DNA from: Frankiales bacterium
GTDB lineage: Bacteria > Actinomycetota > Actinomycetes > Mycobacteriales > SCTD01
Assembly: GCA_025966295.1 (NCBI GenBank)
Contig: JAOPVD010000034.1
Span: 1 to 37,655 of the forward strand
DNA length: 37,655 bases
Direction: 5' to 3'
Made by a program: the position numbers and the translations under genes. This document shows, piece after piece, positions 23,806 through 32,463 of the stretch (position 1 is the stretch's first letter; each line of letters opens with the position of its first letter). The notes under the pieces are model-generated. The model made no database searches, was not told where the DNA came from, and saw only the letters and a program-made list of their open reading frames with translations.

Positions 23806-24302
23806 CCGTCGCGCAGGCTGTCGAGGACCTCCAGGAAGCCCGCCCGCTCGCCGAGGGCGGACAGCACGTCGGCGGGCAGCAGGCCCTCCCCCGCGCACAG
23901 GTCGAGCAGCGCCTCGGCCGGGATGCCGAGGTCGCTCAGCAGGGCGGTGTCGCCGACCGGCTCCGCGACCGGCCGCGTGCCCTCGTCGTCCTCGTCGCTG
24001 TCGGCCTCCTCGACGTCGCCGTCCTCCCAGAGCATCGCGGCGACGTCACTGCCGAGCACGGCCCGGCGGTCGGAGAGGAACACCCGGGGCTCGGCGAGGC
24101 TGCCGGAGCCGCCGTCGACGCGCACGAGCGCGACGTACTCGTCGTCCTCCTCGAACAGCAGCAGCGCCGGGCCGTCGCCGTCCCCGGTGAGGTCGCGGAG
24201 CTCGTCCGCCAGCGTGTCGAGGTCCTCCACGTCGTGCAGGTCGAGCTCGCGTCCGGTCCAACCGTCGTCGGTGCGTGCGAGCGCAGCGGCGAAGTACGTC
24301 AC
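23802..24302 (-). CDS. tRNA adenosine deaminase-associated protein
   Basis: Acidic protein coupled to tadA; YFAAAL...W, RVFLSD, GD...LSDLG...LGF pattern. Confidence 0.8.
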   Translation of the reverse strand: MTYFAAALARTDDGWTGRELDLHDVEDLDTLADELRDLTGDGDGPALLLFEEDDEYVALVRVDGGSGSLAEPRVFLSDRRAVLGSDVAAMLWEDGDVEEADSDEDDEGTRPVAEPVGDTALLSDLGIPAEALLDLCAGEGLLPADVLSALGERAGFLEVLDSLRDG

Positions 24303-24315
24303 AGGGCCTCTCTTC

Positions 24316-24792
24316 TCAGACCAGGGCGTCCATGGCCCGCTCGTACGCCGCCGCGAAGCCGAGCCGACGGGCGAGGGTGGACAGCATCTCGTCGGCGTAG
24401 GCGTCGACGTCGGACAGGATGGCACCCAGCTCCATCTCGTCCAGACCCAGGTCGGCGAAGACGCCCAGGTCGCCGGCCGGCCAGACGTCGTCGAGCTCGT
24501 CGTCGGCGGGCGGCTCCAGGTCCAGGCGCTCCATCACCTGCGCGGCCAGGTCCCAGGCGACGGACGCGGTGACGTCGCTGAGCAGCAGCCGCTCCTGCCC
24601 GCCGACGAACCGGACCACGACGAAGAACTCGTCCGCAACGTCGACGAGGGCGAACGCGCCGGGCACCTGGCCGCGCACCGCCGCGACCACGTCCCCCAGG
24701 TCGTCCGCGACGGTCGGGGGCAGCTCACCGACCTGCCAGACGCCGTCCTGCTGGAAGACGACGACCGCCCACTTGTCGAAGGACTCAGCCAC
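24316..24792 (-). CDS. tRNA adenosine deaminase-associated protein, second paralog (Rv3753c-like)
   Basis: DVADEFFVVVR, RLLLSDVTA, WPAGDLGVFADLGL, YADEMLSTLARRLGF. Confidence 0.8.
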   Translation of the reverse strand: MAESFDKWAVVVFQQDGVWQVGELPPTVADDLGDVVAAVRGQVPGAFALVDVADEFFVVVRFVGGQERLLLSDVTASVAWDLAAQVMERLDLEPPADDELDDVWPAGDLGVFADLGLDEMELGAILSDVDAYADEMLSTLARRLGFAAAYERAMDALV

Positions 24793-24864
24793 GTGGGGAC
24801 TCTTACAGGTGCAGGCGCGGGTGGGAAGGGGTAGGCGAGCAGGTAGTCGATCCCGGAGGTTCCC

Positions 24865-25605
24865 TTGTCTGAGCGCAACACGTTTGCCCACTTCCTGCAC
24901 GATGCCGGCCTTGCCGCGTGGTTCGGTGGTTCGCTCATGGGCGCCGTCGGCGTCAACGGCGCCGCGGCCGACGTGGACGACCCGAGGCAGCGGGCCCGGG
25001 TCGCCAACTCCGGGTGGTCCCGCTGGACCCCGATCAACGCGGTCGCCATCGGCGCGCACCTGCTCGGTGGGGCCATGCTCCTGAAGGAGAACAAGGGCCG
25101 GGTCAAGAGCCAGAAGGGCGTGCTCGGCAACACCAACCTGAAGCTTGCCCTGACCGCCGGCGCGCTCGGCGCCACCGCCTACTCGCGGATGCTCGGCCAG
25201 AAGGTGATGAACGCCGGCGACGTGCCGGTGGCCGGCGGCACCGAGCCGCTGCCCACCACCCCGCCCGAGGTGGCCAAGGCCCAGAAGCAGCTCAAGGCGC
25301 TGCAGTGGGCGATCCCCGGGCTGACCGGTGCGGTCCTGGCCTCCTCGGCCCTGCACGAGGAGCAGCAGCGCCCGTCCCAGGTGCTCAAGGGCTCGCTGCA
25401 GGCGCTGCCATCCCGGGCCGCCGGGGTCGCCGGCACGGTCGGGGCGCTGGCCGGCGCCAAGGCCCTGTCTGCTGCGCAGGCCGCCGGGCCGGCGCTGGAG
25501 CGCGGCAGGGCGGCGGCGGTGCCGGCGCTGGAGAAGGCCGGCCAGGCCGCGACGTCCGCGTACGAGAAGGCCCTCGACAGGGCCAAGGAGACGCTCCCCG
25601 CCTGA
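24865..25605 (+). CDS. Conserved actinobacterial membrane protein, function unknown
   Basis: GGAGG RBS + TTG; HDAGLAAWFGGSLMGAVG, WSRWTP, several hydrophobic helices, Ala/Lys-rich tail. Confidence 0.8.
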   Translation: MSERNTFAHFLHDAGLAAWFGGSLMGAVGVNGAAADVDDPRQRARVANSGWSRWTPINAVAIGAHLLGGAMLLKENKGRVKSQKGVLGNTNLKLALTAGALGATAYSRMLGQKVMNAGDVPVAGGTEPLPTTPPEVAKAQKQLKALQWAIPGLTGAVLASSALHEEQQRPSQVLKGSLQALPSRAAGVAGTVGALAGAKALSAAQAAGPALERGRAAAVPALEKAGQAATSAYEKALDRAKETLPA

Positions 25606-25617
25606 GCACCGTCCCGG

Positions 25618-25721
25618 GGCCAGCACCCCTGCACACGACCGACGTCGGGCGCGCCGCCTGCAGGCGTGCCCGACGCGTGTCCAGGGCTCGTTGCGCTCAG
25701 GTGTGTGCCGCTGTGCTGGTC
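25618..25721. repeat. REP-like imperfect palindromic element, copy 1
   Basis: Starts GGCCAGCACCCCTGCACACGACCGA, ends TGTGCCGCTGTGCTGGTC; internal hairpin CGTCGGGCGCGCC/GGCGTGCCCGACG. Confidence 0.6.
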
Positions 25722-26673
25722 AGGCCGCGGTGTCCTGCGGCGCGAGGCAGTCCTTGAGCAGCCGCCCCACGTAGTCCGGGTGGTGCACCACGTCGTCCCA
25801 GGTGATCCGGAGCAGCCGCCAGCGCAACCGCGCCAGCTCGTTGTCCTTGCGGCGGTCCTTCTCACGGACGTCCTCGGGGTCGTGCCAGCGCCGGCCGTCG
25901 CACTCGACGATCAGCCGCTGCTCCCGGAAGCAGAAGTCGAACCTGCCGACTCGGCCACCCCCGGGCCGGCGGACGGTGACCTGGCTCTCCGGGTGCAGGC
26001 CCTGCTCCAGCGCCAGGACCCGGAAGAGCGACTCGAGCACCGACTCGCAGGCCGGGTCGACGAACTCCAGCACGCCTCGAAGGCGGCGCGCACCTGGGCG
26101 ACGGCTGCGAGCCCCGACGGCCGCCACCAGCTCGTCCAGGGTGATCAGCCCCCGCCGAAGCGCGCTGTCCGCGATGACGACCGCCTCGCGCAGCGGCCGG
26201 GTCAGCGCGCACTCGACCACGGTCACGAGGGCCGTGGTGACCGGAAGGCCCTCGCAGCCGAGGACCCCGAGCTCGACAACACCGCCGTCGGCTCGGCGGG
26301 TGGCATCCACCCCCGGGAGCGCGACCCGGGAGCGACCGGTCGGCACGTTGACCTCGACCAGCCGGGGCTCGACGAACATGTCCATCCCCCACAGCACCGC
26401 CGCCGTGCGACCGGCGGCTGCGCAGTCGGCACCGAGGGAGAGCAGGACCGCACGCACCTCGGCGACGTAGGCCGGGTCCGGCAGGCCACCGGAGAGCAGG
26501 TGCCGCGCCCGGACCGGTAGCGGTGCCGGCGCGTAGACCCCTCGCCGGATCCGCAGCAGACCGCCGGACCTGAGCAGGGCCTCCAGCCCGTACCGGCTGA
26601 TGCCGGCGTCGGCCAGGTGCTCCCGGGCGAGGTGCTGCCGCGAGGCGGGGCAGGCACGGGCGAGGGGGTGCAT
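25720..26673 (-). CDS. DUF559/very-short-patch-type endonuclease domain protein with AbiEi-like N-terminus
   Basis: LLRIRRGVY, RTAAVLWG, IADSALRRG, CESVLESLFR, RFDF, LIVECDGRRWH, DRRKDNEL, WRLLRITWDDV. Confidence 0.87.
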   Translation of the reverse strand: MHPLARACPASRQHLAREHLADAGISRYGLEALLRSGGLLRIRRGVYAPAPLPVRARHLLSGGLPDPAYVAEVRAVLLSLGADCAAAGRTAAVLWGMDMFVEPRLVEVNVPTGRSRVALPGVDATRRADGGVVELGVLGCEGLPVTTALVTVVECALTRPLREAVVIADSALRRGLITLDELVAAVGARSRRPGARRLRGVLEFVDPACESVLESLFRVLALEQGLHPESQVTVRRPGGGRVGRFDFCFREQRLIVECDGRRWHDPEDVREKDRRKDNELARLRWRLLRITWDDVVHHPDYVGRLLKDCLAPQDTAA

Positions 26674-26730
26674 TCCCCCAGCCTGGGATGGCGTCGCGCG
26701 CCGCGGGGGCGTGGACCGGCAGCTGTGGAT

Positions 26731-26835
26731 GGCCAGCACAGCTGCACACGACCGAAGGCCCGCGCGCCGGAGCTGAGCGGGCGCCAGGGCCGCACAGCCC
26801 TCGACAGCCCCCGTTCGTGTGCAGTTGTGCCGACC
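26731..26835. repeat. REP-like imperfect palindromic element, copy 2
   Basis: Starts GGCCAGCACAGCTGCACACGACCGA (23/25 identical to copy 1), ends TCGTGTGCAGTTGTGCCGACC (18/21 match to the reverse complement of its start). Confidence 0.65.
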
Positions 26836-26860
26836 GCAGACGCCAGGGGCGGGGCGGCGG

Positions 26861-27805
26861 TCAGGCGGGGGTGGCGGGGGCGGCGGCCGGATCGACGGGC
26901 GCGGCCGGCGGTGAGGTGGGCGCACCCGGCTCGCCGAACAGCGACTGCGCGGCCGAGACCCCGGCCACCACACCGGACGCCGCCGCGACCTGCACCAGCT
27001 GCAGGCCGGGCGTGAGGTCCCCCGCCGCCCAGACGCCGTCCACGGACGTCCGGCCGCAGTCGTCCACCTTGACATAGCCGTCCGCATCGAGCTCGCAGCC
27101 CAGCGCCACCGCCAGCTCGGTCCGCGGCTGGTGCGCGAGCGAGAAGAACACCAGCGAGCCCGGCAGCTGACGGCCCGAGCCCAGGCAGACCCCACGCAGG
27201 TCGCCGCGGCGCCCCAGGAACGACACCGCATCGTCCTCGACCAGCTCGACGCCGAGATCACGCAGGTAGGCCCGGCACTGCTCGTCGCCGCGGAACGCGC
27301 GCCCGTTGGTCACCACCGTCACCGACCGCGCCCAGTTCAGCAGCATCCCGGCGAAGCCCACCAGGTGCGGGTCCCAGCCCAGCGCCACCACGTCCCGGTC
27401 GCGGGCCTCGTAGCCGTCGCACGACGGGCAGTGGAACACCGAGGCGCCGTAGTGCTCCTCGAAGCCCTCCACGTCGGGGAAGGCGTCCTGCACGCCGCAG
27501 GCCAGCACCAGCCGGTGGGCCCGGTACGACGCGAGCTCGAACAGCCCGTCCCGGACGGTGACCGAGGACGCCGTCGTCGGCACCACCGACGCGGTCGGGT
27601 AGGCGAGCAGCTCCTTCCGACCCTGGGCCAGCAGGTCCATCGGCCGCTGGGGGTCGCGGCCCAGGTAGCCGTGCGATGACTCCACCGCGGCGGCCCGGTA
27701 CGCCCCGGAGTCCAGGACCACGACCGACCGGCGGTAGCGGGCCAGCCAGAGGGCCGCGGCGAGCCCGGACGGGCCGCCGCCCACGACGACGCCGTCGACC
27801 TCCAC
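26861..27805 (-). CDS. Thioredoxin-reductase-like NAD(P)/FAD-dependent oxidoreductase
   Basis: VVGGGPSGLAAA, SHGYLGRD, FHCPSCDGYE, TSVDGVWAAGD. Confidence 0.9.
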   Translation of the reverse strand: MEVDGVVVGGGPSGLAAALWLARYRRSVVVLDSGAYRAAAVESSHGYLGRDPQRPMDLLAQGRKELLAYPTASVVPTTASSVTVRDGLFELASYRAHRLVLACGVQDAFPDVEGFEEHYGASVFHCPSCDGYEARDRDVVALGWDPHLVGFAGMLLNWARSVTVVTNGRAFRGDEQCRAYLRDLGVELVEDDAVSFLGRRGDLRGVCLGSGRQLPGSLVFFSLAHQPRTELAVALGCELDADGYVKVDDCGRTSVDGVWAAGDLTPGLQLVQVAAASGVVAGVSAAQSLFGEPGAPTSPPAAPVDPAAAPATPA

Positions 27806-27814
27806 GTCGCGCCC

Positions 27815-29452
27815 CTACCCCGCTGCCGGCTGCTCGGCACCCGAGGTCAGCAGGCCGTTCGCCAGCACCGCGTCCAGCGACAGCGTCTTGTAGCCCTCCT
27901 CCTGGAACAGCACCGTGATCCGGTCGCCCTCGTAGCTCATCACCACCCCGGTCCCCCAGGTCGCGTGCTGCACCTCGGAGTCCAGCGGGAACGGCGAGGC
28001 GGCCGGGTCCGGCGCGGTCGCCGCGGCCCCGGCCAGGCAGCTGTCGCAGTTCCCGCACAGCTGCTCGAGCCGCTCGCCGAAGTACCCCAGCAGGTACTGC
28101 CGCCGACAGCCCTGGGTCTCGGCGTAGCCGCGCATCATGTCGACCCGGGAGCGCTCCACCCGGCGGCGCGACTCGGCCACCGCGACCGCCGCGGCGACCG
28201 CGTCGGACGGCACCGGGTCGCCGGTCAGACGGCCGTCGGGCAGCACCTCCACCGCCGCGACCTGCTCGAGCAGGTTGACCAGCCCGACGAGCCGGGTCGA
28301 GGACAGCCCCATCTCCTCGGCCAGCTCCGCGGGCGACACCGGCCCTGGGGCGTGCTTGACCAGGGTCGCGACCTTCTGCAGGGCCTGCTCATCGACGCCC
28401 CCGGAGGCGAAGAACTGCCGCAGCCCCAGGTCCTCCGGCCGGTAGTACAGCACCGCCTCGGCCGGCTCCCCGTCGCGGCCGGCCCGCCCGATCTCCTGGT
28501 AGTAGCTGTCCAGCGAGTCCGCCACCTCGGCGTGCAGGACGAACCGCACGTCCGCCTTGTCGATGCCCATCCCGAACGCCGTCGTCGCCACCACCACGTC
28601 CAGCTCACCGGCCATGAACCGCTCCTGCACCGCGGTGCGGTCCGCCGCCCTCAGCCCGGCGTGGTACGCCGCCGCATCGGCACCCAGGTCGGCCAGGGCC
28701 GCGGCGTAGGCGTCCGCCGAGGCCCGGGTCGCGGTGTAGACCAGGCCGGGCTTTGGCGAGCCCATCGCGCGCAGCAGCACCGCCTCGCGGCGCTGCTCGT
28801 CGGTGCGCACCCACTCCACGTCGAGCGAGAGGTTCGGGCGGTCGAAGCCCTGCACCAGCTGCACCGGGTCCCGCATGCCCAGCCGCTCGACGATCTCGGC
28901 CCGCACCGGCGGGGAGGCGGTGGCGGTGAGGGCCAGCACCCGCGGCCGACCGAGCCGCTCCACCACGGTGCCCAGCCGCAGGTAGTCCGGCCGGAAGTCG
29001 TGCCCCCACGAGCTGATGCAGTGCGCCTCGTCCACCACGAACATCGACGGCCGGGCCGCGGCCAGCGCCTCCAGCACCTCGTCCTTCGCGAGCTGCTCCG
29101 GCGCGAGGAAGATGAACTCCGCGTCACCCGCAACGACCGCCTCCAGCGCCGCGGACCGCGCCGTCGCCGACAGCGAGCTGTTGGCCTGCACCGCCCCGCC
29201 GGCCTCGACGTCGGTGAGCCCGGTGACCTGGTCGCGCTGCAACGCGATGAGCGGGGAGACCACCACCGTGGGGCCTTCCACCAGCACCGCCGGCACCTGG
29301 TAGACGGCGCTCTTGCCGGCCCCGGTCGGCATCACGACCAGCACGTCCCGGCCGGCCACGACCGCCTCCATCGCCTCGAGCTGTCCCGGTCGCAGGGTGG
29401 GCCAGCCGAAGACCTGCTCGGCGGTACGGCGGATGTCGTCGGCGCGCGACAC
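27815..29452 (-). CDS. RecQ-family ATP-dependent DNA helicase
   Basis: MPTGAGKS, VDEAHCISSWGHDFRPDY, LTATA, AFGMGIDK, YYQEIGRAGRDG, CRR...YFGE...CGNCDSC. Confidence 0.95.
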   Translation of the reverse strand: MSRADDIRRTAEQVFGWPTLRPGQLEAMEAVVAGRDVLVVMPTGAGKSAVYQVPAVLVEGPTVVVSPLIALQRDQVTGLTDVEAGGAVQANSSLSATARSAALEAVVAGDAEFIFLAPEQLAKDEVLEALAAARPSMFVVDEAHCISSWGHDFRPDYLRLGTVVERLGRPRVLALTATASPPVRAEIVERLGMRDPVQLVQGFDRPNLSLDVEWVRTDEQRREAVLLRAMGSPKPGLVYTATRASADAYAAALADLGADAAAYHAGLRAADRTAVQERFMAGELDVVVATTAFGMGIDKADVRFVLHAEVADSLDSYYQEIGRAGRDGEPAEAVLYYRPEDLGLRQFFASGGVDEQALQKVATLVKHAPGPVSPAELAEEMGLSSTRLVGLVNLLEQVAAVEVLPDGRLTGDPVPSDAVAAAVAVAESRRRVERSRVDMMRGYAETQGCRRQYLLGYFGERLEQLCGNCDSCLAGAAATAPDPAASPFPLDSEVQHATWGTGVVMSYEGDRITVLFQEEGYKTLSLDAVLANGLLTSGAEQPAAG

Positions 29453-29530
29453 AGGGGGCCTCCAGGGTCAGGGACGCAGGCCCTACCCAGGAATCGGCAC
29501 CGCGACCGCCCGCTGGGCTAGGTTGCGGTC

Positions 29531-30016
29531 ATGACGAGCCCGCTGGGGCGGTACGCCGGGGAAGCCCACGACGCGCCGGTGACGGTGCGGCTGCTGGCCG
29601 CGCCGCTCAAGATCTGGCAGCGGGCGGCGGAGCACCACGACGAGCTGATGCGCGAGATGGCCCTGCTGGCGCTGTCCCCGACCCCGCCCGAGCTGCCGAC
29701 CCGGTTGCTGCAGCTCGTCGACCTGCTCGGCCGCCAGTACGGCGCGGCCGGCGCCCGGCCGGACGACGCCCGCGAACAGGCGATGGCCGCCGGACTGGAC
29801 CGCCTGGACCTGAGCTACGAGGTACCGCGGGGCATCGCCGCCGACGCGCAGCGGATGCGCGACCTGCTCGACGAGGTCGAGAACTACTGCCAGACCGACC
29901 TGCTGACGCTCGAGCAGTCGCCGGTGCAGGCCGCCTTCTCCCGCTGGTACATCGACCAGTTCGTGCAGCAGGCGGCCGGCCGGCCGGCGGTGCCCTGGCC
30001 CGGGCCCTGGGACTAG
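29531..30016 (+). CDS. Hypothetical helical protein, probably leaderless
   Basis: TAGGTT -10 hexamer 6 nt before ATG, no RBS; HHDELMRE, YC...LLTL, RWY, PWPGP. Confidence 0.75.
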   Translation: MTSPLGRYAGEAHDAPVTVRLLAAPLKIWQRAAEHHDELMREMALLALSPTPPELPTRLLQLVDLLGRQYGAAGARPDDAREQAMAAGLDRLDLSYEVPRGIAADAQRMRDLLDEVENYCQTDLLTLEQSPVQAAFSRWYIDQFVQQAAGRPAVPWPGPWD

Positions 30017-30999
30017 AGCGAGCCGCCCACGACCACCGGCTCGTTGACCAGCTCGATCCCGAACCGCACCCGCACCCCGTCCCGGACCGTCCGCGCCAGC
30101 GCCAGCAGCTCCGCGGTGGTCGCGCCGCCCCGGTTGACCAGGGCCAGCGTGTGCTTGCTCGACAGGCCGACCGGGCCGTCGCCCCAGCCCTTCCCGAAGC
30201 CGCTGTGCTCGATCAACCAGGCGGCGCTGACCTTCACCAGGCCGGACGGGTCGGGCCACGACGGGGCGCCCTCCGGGGCCAGCGGCACCAGCGGGTTGGT
30301 GAAGAACGAGCCGGCGCTCACGCTGTCGGGGTCCGCCGGATCGAGCACCATGCCCTTGCCCCGGCGCAGCTCGAGCACCGCCTCGCGCACGTCCGCCGCC
30401 GGGGCGCGCTCGCCCAGCGCGACACCGAGCGCCCGCGCCAGCTCGGCGTACCGGACCGGGGCCGACAGCCGCCCGGCGCTCAGCTGGAGCAGCACCGACA
30501 GCACCACCCAGCGCTCCGGCTCCGCCTTGAAGGCGCTGTGGCGGTAGGAGAAGCCGCAGGCCGCGGCCGGCAGCACGGCGAGCTCCCCGGTGGTGCGGTC
30601 GAGCGCCCGCACCGAGACGACCGCGGTGGCGACCTCGGCGCCGTACGCGCCGATGTTCTGGACCGGGCTGGCACCGACGGTGCCCGGGATGCCGGACATC
30701 GCCTCGAGGCCGACCAGGCCCTCCGCGAGGGCGCAGGCGACGAGGCCGTCCCAGTCCTCGCCGGCCTGCACCTCGAGCCGGGTGCCGTTGCGCCGGATGC
30801 CGCGGGTGCGCACGAGCGCGACGGTGTCCAGGCCCTGGTCGGGCAGCACGACGTTGGAGCCACCGCCGAGCACGAAGACCCCCGGGCGGGCCGCCTCGAC
30901 AACGTCCTCGGCCGTGGTGCACTCGAGCAGCCGGCGGGCCGGACCACCGAGCTGCAGGCTGGTCAGCGGCGCGAGCGGGACATCGGTGCGCTCACGCAT
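30013..30999 (-). CDS. murB: UDP-N-acetylenolpyruvoylglucosamine reductase
   Basis: LGGPA, LGGGSNVV, GIPGTVGASPVQNIGAYG, FSYRHSAFK, SAGSFFTNP, SAAWLIE, KHTLALVN, LVNEP. Confidence 0.96.
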   Translation of the reverse strand: MRERTDVPLAPLTSLQLGGPARRLLECTTAEDVVEAARPGVFVLGGGSNVVLPDQGLDTVALVRTRGIRRNGTRLEVQAGEDWDGLVACALAEGLVGLEAMSGIPGTVGASPVQNIGAYGAEVATAVVSVRALDRTTGELAVLPAAACGFSYRHSAFKAEPERWVVLSVLLQLSAGRLSAPVRYAELARALGVALGERAPAADVREAVLELRRGKGMVLDPADPDSVSAGSFFTNPLVPLAPEGAPSWPDPSGLVKVSAAWLIEHSGFGKGWGDGPVGLSSKHTLALVNRGGATTAELLALARTVRDGVRVRFGIELVNEPVVVGGSL

Positions 31000-31134
31000 C
31001 AGCCCGGCACCCGAGCAGCGGGGGCCGGCAGGAGCGCCCGGGTGGTCACGCCGCCAGAGTAGGAGACCAACTGCTGCGGGTCCCGGACGTGCTGTGCGGC
31101 GCGCGACCGGTGGGTCGCCGCGGAGCGGATCGGC

Positions 31135-32298
31135 TCAGCCCGAGAAGCTGCCGGCGCTCACCCCGGCGCCCACCCCCTCGCTGAAGCCCTGGAGGAGCTG
31201 GTCGAGCAGTGCCCCGACGTCGAAGCTGGAGACGTTGTCGGGGACCGTCACCTCGTCGGCGCGGTCGTCGATGTCCACGATCACCTCGGCGCCGGCGACG
31301 CTGTCCTTGCCGGGGTCCTTCGCGAGCTTGCGGATCGACTCGATGTCGACGGTGAACTGCGACAGGTGGCCGCTCTTGAGCGTGATGGTGCCGGTGGCCG
31401 GGCCGTCGAGGACGTTGTCGTCGATGACGGTCGGGTCGACGTCGACCAGCGCCTCGGCGAACGGCAGGCTCTTGGTGGTCTGCAAGATCTTGAGCGCTGC
31501 CTTCAGGGCCGGCCGGGCCTGCACCTTGACGTCCAGGACCCGGTCGGCCGAGGAGTCGTTGGCGTCGGTGACCGTGACGTAGGGCTTGACCGCGCCGAAG
31601 AGCCGCTTCCCGAGATCGCTGAGCGCGGCCGCGTCCGGCGTGTCGCCCGCTGCGCCACCCAGGCCCGGCGTCAGCTCGTCGGCCAGCTCCTTGAACTGCT
31701 CGATGTACTTGCTGAGGTCGAGCTTGATCCACTTGCCGGCGCGGACGTCGGCGAGGGCGGTGCCGAGCTCGGGCGGGCCGGACGCCGCCGCCTCGTCCAG
31801 CGTGGCGTCGAAGTCGTCGACCCCACCGGCCGCGGCCAGCCGGCCGATCGCCGTGAGGTCGACGTGGGCGTACAGCACGCCCCCGACGACCCGCAGCTCA
31901 CCCAGCGCGCTCCGGTCGTCGCGGACGATGAAGGCGAAGTTCACGTCCTTCAGCTGCTCGCTCAGGGTGGCGCCCGGGGTCCCGGCGGCGTTCTGCAGGT
32001 CCTTGAGCCGCTTGTCGCTGGCCGGGTCGACGACGTAGGTGATGCTGCCCTTGAGCAGCGACGTCATCAGCTCCGGCGGCGTGCTGCCGTCCTGGCTCGC
32101 GAGCTTCGCGACCGTGCCGTTCGGGTCGTTGAAGCGCAGCGTGAACGCCGCCGCCCGCGCGTCCTGGAGGTTGGTGCTCGCGGCGGCGAACTCCGCCTTG
32201 ATCGTCCGCTTCTTCTCCGTGCCGCAGCCGGCGGCTGCGGCCAGCGGAAGGGCCAGGACGAGGGTGCCGGCGGCGAGCCGGCGGGAGGGACGGGCCAC
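31135..32298 (-). CDS. Hypothetical lipoprotein
   Basis: GGAG RBS + GTG at 32298; signal peptide with lipobox AAAG-C (MARPSRRLAAGTLVLALPLAAAAGCG); beta-rich body with KWIKLDL. Confidence 0.82.
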   Translation of the reverse strand: MARPSRRLAAGTLVLALPLAAAAGCGTEKKRTIKAEFAAASTNLQDARAAAFTLRFNDPNGTVAKLASQDGSTPPELMTSLLKGSITYVVDPASDKRLKDLQNAAGTPGATLSEQLKDVNFAFIVRDDRSALGELRVVGGVLYAHVDLTAIGRLAAAGGVDDFDATLDEAAASGPPELGTALADVRAGKWIKLDLSKYIEQFKELADELTPGLGGAAGDTPDAAALSDLGKRLFGAVKPYVTVTDANDSSADRVLDVKVQARPALKAALKILQTTKSLPFAEALVDVDPTVIDDNVLDGPATGTITLKSGHLSQFTVDIESIRKLAKDPGKDSVAGAEVIVDIDDRADEVTVPDNVSSFDVGALLDQLLQGFSEGVGAGVSAGSFSG

Positions 32299-32463
32299 GG
32301 AAATCTCCAAAGTAGGGGGTGCAGCTCGGCAGTCTGCCCGCTGGAACCCGCTCTGCCGGTCGAGATGGGCGAAATGTGGCTCACGATCTGATGTCGATGC
32401 CCGGACAGGGCACACTGTTCCGCCGGTCGGAGCAACGACGTGGAGCAGCGAGGGAGGTACGGC

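Noticed and set aside
32299-32463. HelR rifamycin-resistance gene with RAE element
   Set aside because: No RAE-like inverted repeat seen upstream; treated as ordinary HelD.
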